A stretch of 64,000 bases of DNA from Myxococcales bacterium (GTDB lineage: Bacteria > Myxococcota_A > Polyangia > Polyangiales > DASUME01). Of the stretch, positions 49,153 through 57,577 are shown one piece after another (the stretch's first letter is position 1; each line of letters opens with the position of its first letter). A program made the position numbers and the translations under genes. The notes under the pieces were generated by a model. It was given only the letters and a program-made list of their open reading frames with translations, was not told the origin of the DNA and made no database searches. The DNA is taken from positions 6,176,001-6,240,000 of the forward strand of contig JASGJH010000001.1 in NCBI GenBank assembly GCA_047601445.1, written 5' to 3'.

Positions 49153-50469
49153 TCATTCGGTGCGCTCGAACACGAAGGGATAGCTCACGCTCACGTATCC
49201 TCCGCCGTCGGGCGCCGGAAAGGTCCAGCGCCGCACCGCGTCGGCCACACAGCGATCTACCTCCGCGCTGCCGAGCGTGCTCTGACCCGCGGCCGAGTTC
49301 TGCACGACGCCCGAAGGCGCGATCATGAAGTTGATGGCCACCCGACCCGAGAGGTCCGGCCGTGCGTTCAAGGCTTGCTCGTAGCAGAAGCGCACCTGGG
49401 CCAGGTTGCGATGGATCACGCGTCGGATCGCCTCCTTCGAGAGCGAGCCCCTCACTTCGACCGGACCCATCTTGAGTGTGGGCACGACCGACTCGCGCCG
49501 GCGCATGCTCAAGCTGTGTGAGCCCGGTGTGCCACGCGCGAGTTCGCCCGTCTGCAGGTTGCCGATGCCGATTGCGCCGTCCACCAGCCCGCCGCCGTGA
49601 CGACCCGTGCCGCGCATGCCGAGTCCGTTGAAGCCCGCGTTGTCACCGATCTGCGAGCCGAACAGTGCGCCCATGGCTGCCACCGCGTCGTAGCCCTCAG
49701 CGTTCGCGTTCCACACGTCCGACACGGGGCCCGGCGTTGCGCTTGCTGCGAGTGCACCGAGGATGCCCGCGGTCTTCACGCTCTCCGCGCTGACTGCGCC
49801 CGGGCGACGCTGCGTGGCATTGCCGGGGATGGCCATGCGGCCGTCGGTCTTGGGCGAGTCGGGTTTGCCCGCCTTTCCTTCATCTCCCTTGTCGCGCGCG
49901 GCGTCCTGAGGCTTGTCGCCCTGTCCTCCAAGTCCGTCGTCGGGGGTCCAAGGCAGCTCCTCTTCTTCGATCACCGGCGTCGCGAGGTAGCGCGCATAGC
50001 GATCGTCGAGGCCGATGGCGTCCAGCGAGAGCGAAGACGCCTTGGGAGGCATGAGCGCCATGCAGCCGAGCATCAACCCGTGCAAGGCCACCGAGGCCAT
50101 GGTCCACACATGACGCTGCCGATCCACGGGTACGGCGCTCACGGGCAACCGCTCGGGCGTGCTCACACGCACGCGAAAGCTGAGCGGACCCACGTGCACC
50201 AACGTCTGCTCTCCCACCGCCAGCCTCACGCTGCCGCTGGTCGAATGCACGCTCACGCCGGTTTCGTCCACAGACACCAACTCGTGCGTGGGCTTGTCCA
50301 GCCACTCGCTGCTCACCACGAAGGCCGCCTCGCCATCCTGTACCGCGCTGTCCTTCAATACGAAGCTGCGCGGCGGGCACAAGTGCTCCTGCCGTAGCGG
50401 GGTTCCGTCTTGCCAACCGATCTCGATGTCGAGGGCGCACGTCGCCGTGCGCGCTGCTTGAGCACGCAT
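49153..50469 (-). CDS. AgmX/PglI (TonB C-terminal-like) domain protein, GltG-like architecture
   Basis: One TM with SVALH, Gly-rich linker, LSKEAIRRVI...CYE..L...GRV...F.I...C...FPAPDGGG.V.V.YPF; AGGAGG RBS. Confidence 0.85.
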   Translation of the reverse strand: MRAQAARTATCALDIEIGWQDGTPLRQEHLCPPRSFVLKDSAVQDGEAAFVVSSEWLDKPTHELVSVDETGVSVHSTSGSVRLAVGEQTLVHVGPLSFRVRVSTPERLPVSAVPVDRQRHVWTMASVALHGLMLGCMALMPPKASSLSLDAIGLDDRYARYLATPVIEEEELPWTPDDGLGGQGDKPQDAARDKGDEGKAGKPDSPKTDGRMAIPGNATQRRPGAVSAESVKTAGILGALAASATPGPVSDVWNANAEGYDAVAAMGALFGSQIGDNAGFNGLGMRGTGRHGGGLVDGAIGIGNLQTGELARGTPGSHSLSMRRRESVVPTLKMGPVEVRGSLSKEAIRRVIHRNLAQVRFCYEQALNARPDLSGRVAINFMIAPSGVVQNSAAGQSTLGSAEVDRCVADAVRRWTFPAPDGGGYVSVSYPFVFERTE

Positions 50470-50573
50470 ACTGCCTCCTTGTGTTGAACGCACGTGGCCC
50501 CTGGAACGGAGCGCGCCGACCACACCGCGCCGCTCTGCTAAGCGGCAACGAACGTCTGCGTCGGTCTCCGTGA

Positions 50574-50601
50574 TGGACACGCGCTGCGGCCGAAGGTTCC
50601 C
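50574..50601 (-). promoter_or_regulatory. Candidate ECF-sigma promoter for the AgmX/PglI-domain gene
   Basis: Minus strand GGGAAC-CTTCGGCCGCAGCGC-GTGTCC resembles GGAAC-N16/17-GTC promoters. Confidence 0.4.
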
Positions 50602-50780
50602 AAGGAGCGCTCATTGCGCTGTCGCTGGAACCACGGTCATCCGCTCGAGCGCCATCCAGCAGGCGTCGTTGAGTCCTGTCGAGGAGGTGCCGCCCACCGG
50701 GCCGCGGGGGATCGAAAAAATAATCTCGCCCCAGAATCCTTTGTGCCCGAGGCCTCCTCTCCCTTTGCAGGAGGTCATCC

Positions 50781-51014
50781 ATGACATCGTTGAAAGCAGC
50801 GTTCTTCATCAAGAATGTGCCTGGCTGGGAGCGCGCCTTGCGGGTTGCCGCGGGGCTCCTGGTCGGTGGGATTGCTTACCTGGGCGGGGAATCACCCTGG
50901 AACTGGCTTGGTGCACTCCTGGGGGCCGAACTCGCGCTGACAGGCTTCGTGGGGTTCTGTCCGATGTGTGCGCTGGCAGGGCGTCGACTCGACAAACTAG
51001 GATCCGCGCCATGA
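50781..51014 (+). CDS. DUF2892 (YgaP-like) membrane protein
   Basis: KNVPGWERALR...TGFVGFCPMC; AGGAGG RBS. Confidence 0.9.
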   Translation: MTSLKAAFFIKNVPGWERALRVAAGLLVGGIAYLGGESPWNWLGALLGAELALTGFVGFCPMCALAGRRLDKLGSAP

Positions 51015-51529
51015 GCGCGTTCTCCATGATGGACCTCGAGGCAGCACGGGCAGGGGACCCGCGCGCCATCGAGCGCCTCCTGCTCGCGAGCCAGCCCAAC
51101 ATCCGGCGTTACGCGGAGCGGAGCTGCATCTGGACCCACGTGGACGACGCCGTGCAGGAGACCATGTGGATCCTCGCGCGCTACGTGGCGCAACTGCGAC
51201 AGGCCGCGGCCTACTCGAGCTGGCTGCTCTCCATCGTGCGACGCGAGTGCCGACGGCTGGCACGGCGCAGCCTAGGCATCGATCTCTGGGACGACGCGCG
51301 CGTGGATGCCTGGGTCGCCGAACGCCCGAGCGAGACCATGCGGCTGGAGGTGGCCGCGGCCTTCGAGTCTCTGCCGCCCGAGTTTCGCGAGGTGCTCGTG
51401 CTGCGCGACTTCGAGGGACTCACCATCGGTGAGGCCGCCGCGCGCCTGGGGATCACCCGTGCGGCAACCAAGAGCCGGCTCCATCGTGCGCGCGCCCTGG
51501 CGCGTGAATATCTACTCGACGCGCCGTGA
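51011..51529 (+). CDS. ECF RNA polymerase sigma factor
   Basis: VDDAVQE, SSWLLSIVRREC, LPPEFREVLVLRD.EGLT..E.A..LG....ATKSRLHRAR; ATGA overlap. Confidence 0.92.
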   Translation: MSAFSMMDLEAARAGDPRAIERLLLASQPNIRRYAERSCIWTHVDDAVQETMWILARYVAQLRQAAAYSSWLLSIVRRECRRLARRSLGIDLWDDARVDAWVAERPSETMRLEVAAAFESLPPEFREVLVLRDFEGLTIGEAAARLGITRAATKSRLHRARALAREYLLDAP

Positions 51530-51601
51530 GGGCGGCGAGCACGCGCACGCGGTGGTCATCGGAAGAGCCGTCGTGCACGTGCACGTGCACGGGTGGGTAG
51601 A

Positions 51602-52615
51602 TCAGAGGTGGCCCATCTTTCCGCTCTGGTAGTCCACGAAGGCCTGCTCGAGCTCCTGCCGCGTGTTCATCACGAAAGGTCCGTAGGAGGCCACCGGTTC
51701 GTCGATGGGCTCACCGCTCAACACCAACAGCCGAGCGTCCTTCTCGCCGCGCACCCGCACGACGCCCTCGTCGCGACTCATGAACGCCATGGCACCCACG
51801 CCGGTGGGCTTCTGGTCGGAGCCGATCAGCAGCTTGCCCTCCAGATTGAACAACAGCGAGGTGTAGCCCTTGGGCAGCTCGAACTCCGCCAGACCGTCGC
51901 GGTCGAAGCGCAGATCGAAGATGGTGATGGGGGTGTGCGTCATGGCTGGGCCCTTGTGGTCCTGGAGCGAACCCGCGATCAAGCGGGCCTCCGCCGCGCC
52001 CACGCTCAAGCGAGGGAAGTCCTTGTCGAGTAGGGGCTGGTAGCCGGGCGTGCTCATCTTGTCCTTGGCGGGCAAGTTGACCCACAGCTGCACCATCTCC
52101 ATATCGCCGCCCTGCTCGGTGAAGCGCTTGGAGTGGAGCTCCTCGTGCACCACGCCCGAGGCCGCCGTCATCCACTGCACGTCGCCGGGACCGATGAGGC
52201 CGCCGCCGCCCGAGGAGTCGCGGTGCGCGATCTCGCCCTTGTAGGCGAAGGTCACGGTCTCGAAGCCACGGTGCGGGTGCTCGCCCACGCCGCGCTGGCG
52301 GTCGGTGGGTTCGAAGCGACGCACGGAGGCGTGGTCGAGCAGCAAGAACGGGCTCTGCAGCCTGGGATTGCCGGCAGGCGACAGCACGCCGTGCACACGG
52401 AAGCCGTCTCCTACCCAGTGCTCCCCGGGCGAGGTCAGCACGCGATCGACACCGCGCAGGTTGCGATCGGAGAGCGTCGATTGGGTTTGCATGGGTTTGT
52501 TCTCTTTCTGTGAGCCGAGCGTGCGCGAGCAGGCACCCAGTGCCCCCGCCGCGGCCACTGCGGCCGTGCCGGTGAGGAACCTTCTTCGCGTGGTCGTCTC
52601 GTTCACGGAGCCCAT
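51602..52615 (-). CDS. Pirin-family protein with possible Tat-lipoprotein extension
   Basis: WVGDGF, PFLLLD, HPHRGFETVT, QWMTAASG..HEE, QLWVNLP, GPFVMN; N-terminal TRRRFL...LGAC. Confidence 0.93.
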   Translation of the reverse strand: MGSVNETTTRRRFLTGTAAVAAAGALGACSRTLGSQKENKPMQTQSTLSDRNLRGVDRVLTSPGEHWVGDGFRVHGVLSPAGNPRLQSPFLLLDHASVRRFEPTDRQRGVGEHPHRGFETVTFAYKGEIAHRDSSGGGGLIGPGDVQWMTAASGVVHEELHSKRFTEQGGDMEMVQLWVNLPAKDKMSTPGYQPLLDKDFPRLSVGAAEARLIAGSLQDHKGPAMTHTPITIFDLRFDRDGLAEFELPKGYTSLLFNLEGKLLIGSDQKPTGVGAMAFMSRDEGVVRVRGEKDARLLVLSGEPIDEPVASYGPFVMNTRQELEQAFVDYQSGKMGHL

Positions 52616-52690
52616 TCTAAGCCGCCTGTCTGAGCCCGGGAGGGGGCGTTCCCTTGACACATGGTTGCAAAAACGGAACGTTGGCCAAAG

Positions 52691-53590
52691 ATGCCGCCGA
52701 GCGCCGACAATATCGCAACTTTCGTGGAGGTGGTGCGAAAGCAGAGCCTGTCCGGGGCGGCGCGCCGCCTGGGGCTGCCCAAGTCCACGGTGAGCCGCCG
52801 GCTGTCGCGCCTGGAACAGGAGCTGGGCGCCCAGCTACTGCACCGGAACGTGCGGCGCATCACGCTCACATCGGCGGGAAAGGGGTTCTTCGAGGCGGTT
52901 TCGGGGCCGGTCGACGCCCTGGAGAGCGCACTCCTGGAGCTCAACCAAGTGAGCCAGGCGCCGCGCGGGGTCGTGCGGCTAACGGCGCCGCCGGATCTGG
53001 GTCGCATGTTGCTCTCGAGCATGTTGGTTGCGTTTCTGGAACGTTATCCGGAGATCCAGCTCGAGCTGTTGTTCACCAATCGCATGCTCGATCTCGTGCA
53101 GGAGGGCGTGGACCTGGCCGTGCGGGCCGGGCGCAGCACGGGCCAGGAGCTCATCGCGCGCAAGCTGTGCGACTCCGAGCTGCACCTGGCGGCGAGCCCC
53201 AAGCAGGCCGCGCTCATCGAGCAACCCAAGCAGCTCGAGAAGGTACCCTTCGTGCTCTATGGCGCGCCTGGCCGTGACCAGACCATCCGCCTCGAGCGGG
53301 CCACGGGCAAGCGCGCGCAGAGCGTGGAGCTCGAGGTCAGCGGGCGAGTCAGCGTGGACGACTATGCGGCGCTGGCCGAGCTGGTGGCGAAAGGGGAGGG
53401 CGTGGGTCTGATGCCGGCCATTCACGTGCACGCGGGCGTCGAAGCGGGGCGCCTGGTGCGGGTGCTGCCCGAGTGGGCCTCGCGCACGGCCCATGTGTAT
53501 CTGGTGAGCACCGGCAGGCGGCAGCCCGAGCGCGTGCGTCTGCTCTCAGAGTTCCTGCGTGAAGAGTTCGCCCGCGTGGCGCACGTGTAG
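52691..53590 (+). CDS. LysR-family transcriptional regulator, divergent from pirin
   Basis: SLSGAARRLGLPKSTVSRRLSRLEQELG.QLL.R, DLVQEGVDLAVR. Confidence 0.95.
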   Translation: MPPSADNIATFVEVVRKQSLSGAARRLGLPKSTVSRRLSRLEQELGAQLLHRNVRRITLTSAGKGFFEAVSGPVDALESALLELNQVSQAPRGVVRLTAPPDLGRMLLSSMLVAFLERYPEIQLELLFTNRMLDLVQEGVDLAVRAGRSTGQELIARKLCDSELHLAASPKQAALIEQPKQLEKVPFVLYGAPGRDQTIRLERATGKRAQSVELEVSGRVSVDDYAALAELVAKGEGVGLMPAIHVHAGVEAGRLVRVLPEWASRTAHVYLVSTGRRQPERVRLLSEFLREEFARVAHV

Positions 53591-53627
53591 GCGCGGGCTC
53601 CTCAACGCCCTGGCGCGCGTCGGCGTT

Positions 53628-55136
53628 TTACTTGTACGGATTCGGTGCCTTCGGCGTCTGCGTGTCGGTGAGCGTCTTCAGGTAAGCCACGAGCGCGGCC
53701 TCCTGCGTCTGTGACAAACCAAGATTGCCGAGGATGAACACCGGGGCCATGGAGGCCGGCCACTCGGGCGCAGGCCAGCACTTCTTCGCCAGCGCTTCGC
53801 GCTCGGTCAGGGCGCCCTCGCAGCGCGGCAAGACCCGCGCCGTGTTGTAGAAATGCACGATGCTCTCTAGGCTCTTGAACCAGCCGTTGTGGCCGTAGGC
53901 CTTGGTGAACCCGTTGCCTTTGCGTTTGTCGACGTTGCGCAGCGTGGGCGCCTTGAAGCCACCAGCGATGAGCCGTCCGGTGGCCGGATCGATGTTGGGC
54001 AGCTGCGCGTGTCCGCTGACGCCTGGATCGGGTGCGGCAGCGAGCTCCGGATTCACGGGTGTGCCGATGTTGTGGTAGGCGTGGTCCGTGTAGAGCTCGA
54101 ACAGGCCGGTGCCGTCCGGATGCTGGGCATCGCTGGCATGACAGAGGCTGCAGTTCGTGGCCGGCAGGTTCGGGAACGGCTTGGGTCCAAAGGCTCCCAG
54201 GTTGTAGAACAGATCGTGACCGAGGTTCTCCTCGGCGCTGAAGCCGACCAGCGGGAAGCGCCCCGGCGATCCGCTGTAGTTGGGATGCGTGCAAACCTTC
54301 GGATCGGCGTCCGGTGAGTGCTCGAGGCAGGCGAGCTCGGCACGCAAGGCCAGGTCGCGCTTGGAGCTGAACGAGTTGAGCTCCGACGAGTGCTGCCAGG
54401 CTCCGACCGCCAGCATGAGGCGCTTGAAGCTGATGTCGAACTCCGCCTCGACCGCCGGGCTCACGTCGTCGGCGCTGACGCTCACCGTTCGATCGCTGCA
54501 ATCGATGGGCTCACCCCAGGCGCGCTCGTAGAGTTCGGCATAGGCCGCGCTCGCCACGTGCTGACAGACCGACTTGCGATCGATGTTCTGCTCGACCGTG
54601 TTCGGCATCGGGTTCAGCGCCTGGTCCGACGTGGGTCCGAAGTACTTTGCATAGGCGAGCAGGCGTGCGTCGGTGGAGCCTTGAAACACCTCGTCGCCGA
54701 GGTGCTTGGTGGCGCCCGACAACAGCGCAGGATCGCGGCCCTCGGCCCGTCCGTTCCAGAAGTTTCCGCCGCAATACAGCACACCCCGGGTGCCAATCCG
54801 AAGGCCGCCGCGATTGCACTCGCCGAACTCCGGGATGAAGCTGGCGTAGGCATTGGTCGGTGGCTTGAGGTTGCCGACGGTGTGCGGATTGGCGCCGGTG
54901 ACGGCCACCTGGTGCAGGTTCACGCCGGACACGCTGCCGGTTCCGCCCGTGTCCGGATCGTGGCAGCTCGCGCAAGCCATGCGCTCGGGGGTCGAGATCT
55001 TGTCGAAGAAAACGTACTTACCCAGCAGCTTCAGCTCGTAGTCCGGCTCAGCGGAGTCGAGCGCTCCAGCCTGACCAACCAGATAAAAACCAAAGGGTAA
55101 GACGGACGCCAGCGCGGCGACGGTCCATGGTCGCAT
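53628..55136 (-). CDS. Diheme cytochrome c peroxidase superfamily protein (MauG-like)
   Basis: CASCH and CSLCH heme motifs, FWNGRA, FKAPTLRNV, YGHNG...VHFYN; signal peptide; start uncertain. Confidence 0.9.
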   Translation of the reverse strand: MRPWTVAALASVLPFGFYLVGQAGALDSAEPDYELKLLGKYVFFDKISTPERMACASCHDPDTGGTGSVSGVNLHQVAVTGANPHTVGNLKPPTNAYASFIPEFGECNRGGLRIGTRGVLYCGGNFWNGRAEGRDPALLSGATKHLGDEVFQGSTDARLLAYAKYFGPTSDQALNPMPNTVEQNIDRKSVCQHVASAAYAELYERAWGEPIDCSDRTVSVSADDVSPAVEAEFDISFKRLMLAVGAWQHSSELNSFSSKRDLALRAELACLEHSPDADPKVCTHPNYSGSPGRFPLVGFSAEENLGHDLFYNLGAFGPKPFPNLPATNCSLCHASDAQHPDGTGLFELYTDHAYHNIGTPVNPELAAAPDPGVSGHAQLPNIDPATGRLIAGGFKAPTLRNVDKRKGNGFTKAYGHNGWFKSLESIVHFYNTARVLPRCEGALTEREALAKKCWPAPEWPASMAPVFILGNLGLSQTQEAALVAYLKTLTDTQTPKAPNPYK

Positions 55137-55342
55137 GACTTCTTGCCTGATCTTTCTCTTGCAGACCGTCTGCCGGAAAGACATCCCAGGGCAGCAGTCA
55201 TGCAGAACAACTACTGCCTAAACATTCACTGGGCGCAGACGCGACGCAAAGGCGGATTCTGGATCTCCCGTGTCACGACTCGCTTGCGTACTCGGCTGGG
55301 AGAGCCGCTTGAAAGCTTGCAGTGCGGCGCCGGCAGTTTGGC

Positions 55343-55804
55343 TTACCAGAGCGGACGGATCGGTGGCAGCTCGCCGGAGTGGCTCGCGCGCAGCACGTGT
55401 TCGAGGTCCGCGCGCAGTTGCTCGAGCCGTTTCTTGCCGATCACCGCCGCCCACTCGGCTTCGAGCTCTGCGTAGATCGCTTCGGCTGCCTCGAGCAGAC
55501 GACGACCCTTGGGAGCGATGTGGAGGAGCTTGGCGCGCGCATCATCGGGGGCGGCCTTGCGCGACAGATAGTGTTCGGACTCCATCACGTCCACCAACTT
55601 GGAGGCTGCTTGCTTGGTCACGCCGAGCAGCTGGGCCACGTCGTTGCCCGTGAGCGGGCGCTTGCGCGACTCCAGCAGCACGAACGCGAAGGCCGGGCGT
55701 ACCTCGAAGCCGCGCGCGCGCAGCTGCTCGTGCAGATCGTCGAGCAAGGAACGAACTGCCATGGACATCAGCCGGGCGAGTGGAACGGGAGGGGAGGCGG
55801 ACAT
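55343..55804 (-). CDS. MarR-family transcriptional regulator
   Basis: VAQLLGVTKQAASKLVD.ME...YL.R...PDDARAK.L..T/A.KG. Confidence 0.93.
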   Translation of the reverse strand: MSASPPVPLARLMSMAVRSLLDDLHEQLRARGFEVRPAFAFVLLESRKRPLTGNDVAQLLGVTKQAASKLVDVMESEHYLSRKAAPDDARAKLLHIAPKGRRLLEAAEAIYAELEAEWAAVIGKKRLEQLRADLEHVLRASHSGELPPIRPLW

Positions 55805-55873
55805 CGCAGTGAAGGCTAGCAGGGATCTTGGCGGCTTTGGTAGAAGCCGCGTCGCCGTCGCTGTCGCCCGACA

Positions 55874-56027
55874 GACGCTCACGCACACCGTCGCCGTCAA
55901 AGTCGTTCGTCAAAGACCACCACCACGCTCGCGATCAGCAACGGTGTGCGATCTGGAAGCCTGCCCGTCGACCTTGACCTGGTCGGCGTGGATTTTGACT
56001 TGAACGGCGACGGCGTGCGTGAACGTC
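55874..56027. repeat. Imperfect 31-bp inverted repeat (27/31) between the cupin and marR genes
   Basis: GACGCTCACGCACACCGTCGCCGTCAAAGTC (55874-55904) pairs with GACTTGAACGGCGACGGCGTGCGTGAACGTC (55997-56027). Confidence 0.8.
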
Positions 56028-56094
56028 GGTCGCGGTGGCCGACAGCGAGCCAAACGGCCGGTTGAGGGCGACGGCGGCGAAAGTAGCCCTGCTC

Positions 56095-56469
56095 CTAAAG
56101 CGCCCACGGCGGCGTAAACAGATCTCCACCCGCGATGCGCCCCTGTCCTCCCACCGGCAAGCAACACAGCAACTCCGCACGCTCGGTGACGGGTCCCAGC
56201 ACGAGCTCGGTATCGGGCGGTACGACGATGGCATCGCCCGGCTGGGCTTCCGATGCGACTCCGGCAATCACGACTCTCACGCTGCCGGCGAGCACGACGA
56301 AGATCTCCTCGCGTGTGAGCGAGTGAGGCGGGCTATCCTGGCCGGCGCCGAGCAGCTCCACGCGCCAAATGCTGTTCTCGCGCGAGCCGAGGCTGGGTGT
56401 GGCGATCGAACGGAAGCGGGCGTGGGGCAGCTCATGGGTATGGGCCGGTGGGGCTTGGATCACGGGCAT
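56095..56469 (-). CDS. Cupin-domain protein
   Basis: PPHSLTREEIFVVLAG...PGDAIVVPPDT; GGAG RBS. Confidence 0.9.
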   Translation of the reverse strand: MPVIQAPPAHTHELPHARFRSIATPSLGSRENSIWRVELLGAGQDSPPHSLTREEIFVVLAGSVRVVIAGVASEAQPGDAIVVPPDTELVLGPVTERAELLCCLPVGGQGRIAGGDLFTPPWAL

Positions 56470-56489
56470 GGCAGGATCTCCATGTGAAT

Positions 56490-56542
56490 GGTCAACTTGG
56501 TTGACCGTAGATCCGTGCGCGTGGATAGTCAACTGGGTTGAC
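56490..56542. promoter_or_regulatory. Twin palindromic operators GTCAAC-N3-GTTGAC (candidate MarR sites)
   Basis: GGTCAACTTGGTTGACC at 56490-56506 and GTCAACTGGGTTGAC at 56528-56542, upstream of cupin-marR. Confidence 0.75.
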
Positions 56543-56616
56543 CGTTCGGCTCGGGGTGGTGCTGCTAGCCGGCCGTCGCCAGTTCGCCTGCCGCGCTGCC
56601 ACCGAGGGCGCGCTCG

Positions 56617-57282
56617 CTAGCGCATTTCCAGCACGTACGGATATTCGACGATCACGATGCCGCCGCCCTCGGGCTTGGGGAACTGGGCTTCGCTGATGAC
56701 TCCCGTGACACATGACGCGAGCTGTGGATCGCTGGCTTGATTGAGAGGATGGGCCTCGCTGACGTGACCGTCGGACTCGACCACGAACCGAATGGGCAGC
56801 CTGATGTTGTCTTCGCCGGGGCTGCGAGCGAGGGTGCACTCCAGGCAGGCGCGCACGTCGAGTGCCAGGTTCTGCATCACCGCTCTGATGGCGGCCTTGG
56901 GCAAGGAGCCGCTTGCCGAAGTCTCAACCAGGTCTTGGGTTTGCTGGGCTTCGAGATCGACGGCTTGCGCCGACTCCCCTGCGCGTGAAGCACGCTTTTT
57001 GGAGTTTGCGATTTCCCCCTGTTGCGCGCGCGCCGCGCACCAACTTTGGCGCTCTGCATCTGCGCTCGGGTGCGCCCAGCAGCCCTGGGAAGGCCGCCCG
57101 CATTCTACCAGCATGCTCCGATTGCAGCCGCTCGCGCGATAGTAGCTGACGTCTACGCGCCGGATGCCGATCTCCTCGGGCGCGCAGCGCAGGTAGCCGG
57201 GCGCTTTGATCTTGGCGTACTCGCCGGGAGCGCAGGCGAGGAGAAAGCTGCCCGAGAGCGCGGCGCTGAACATTCGGAGCAT
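56617..57282 (-). CDS. Lipoprotein with C-terminal AgmX/PglI (TonB-C-like) domain
   Basis: LLAC lipobox; GSLPKAAIRAV...C...FPKPEGGGIVIVEYPY; start uncertain. Confidence 0.78.
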   Translation of the reverse strand: MLRMFSAALSGSFLLACAPGEYAKIKAPGYLRCAPEEIGIRRVDVSYYRASGCNRSMLVECGRPSQGCWAHPSADAERQSWCAARAQQGEIANSKKRASRAGESAQAVDLEAQQTQDLVETSASGSLPKAAIRAVMQNLALDVRACLECTLARSPGEDNIRLPIRFVVESDGHVSEAHPLNQASDPQLASCVTGVISEAQFPKPEGGGIVIVEYPYVLEMR

Positions 57283-57411
57283 TGCGTGATGGCGCAGGAA
57301 CACGGAGACCACGCTGGCGATGTAGCATCCGTTGGCCGCGCGAGGGAAGCCTCGTGCTCGGCCTTGTCGGCCGCCTACCTTCGACTGCGTGCAGGCTGCG
57401 GAGCGCCCTTA

Positions 57412-57516
57412 CTAGCCCGCCGGTCGCAGCACAAATGGATACGTGACGATCACGATGCCGCCCCCCTCGGGCTTGGGGAACTGGGCCTGGCTAAGGACCC
57501 CCGTGACGAAGACCAC
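57412..57516 (-). pseudogene. 3' fragment of a paralogous AgmX/PglI-domain gene
   Basis: Translates VTGVLSQAQFPKPEGGGIVIVTYPFVLRPAG*; DNA closely matches about 56640-56709; in-frame TAG just upstream. Confidence 0.8.
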
Positions 57517-57577
57517 TCGCGCGATCTAGCACCGCCTGAGCGCGCATGGCGCATCGTTCACACCTGGCTGCTCGACC

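Noticed and set aside
50570..51010. N-terminal extension of the ECF sigma in the ORF track
   Set aside because: It overlaps the DUF2892 gene, which has a strong RBS; sigma similarity begins at 51011.
51538..51596. GCACGT-type hexamer repeats between the sigma and pirin genes
   Set aside because: Short, degenerate intergenic repeat with no supportable function.
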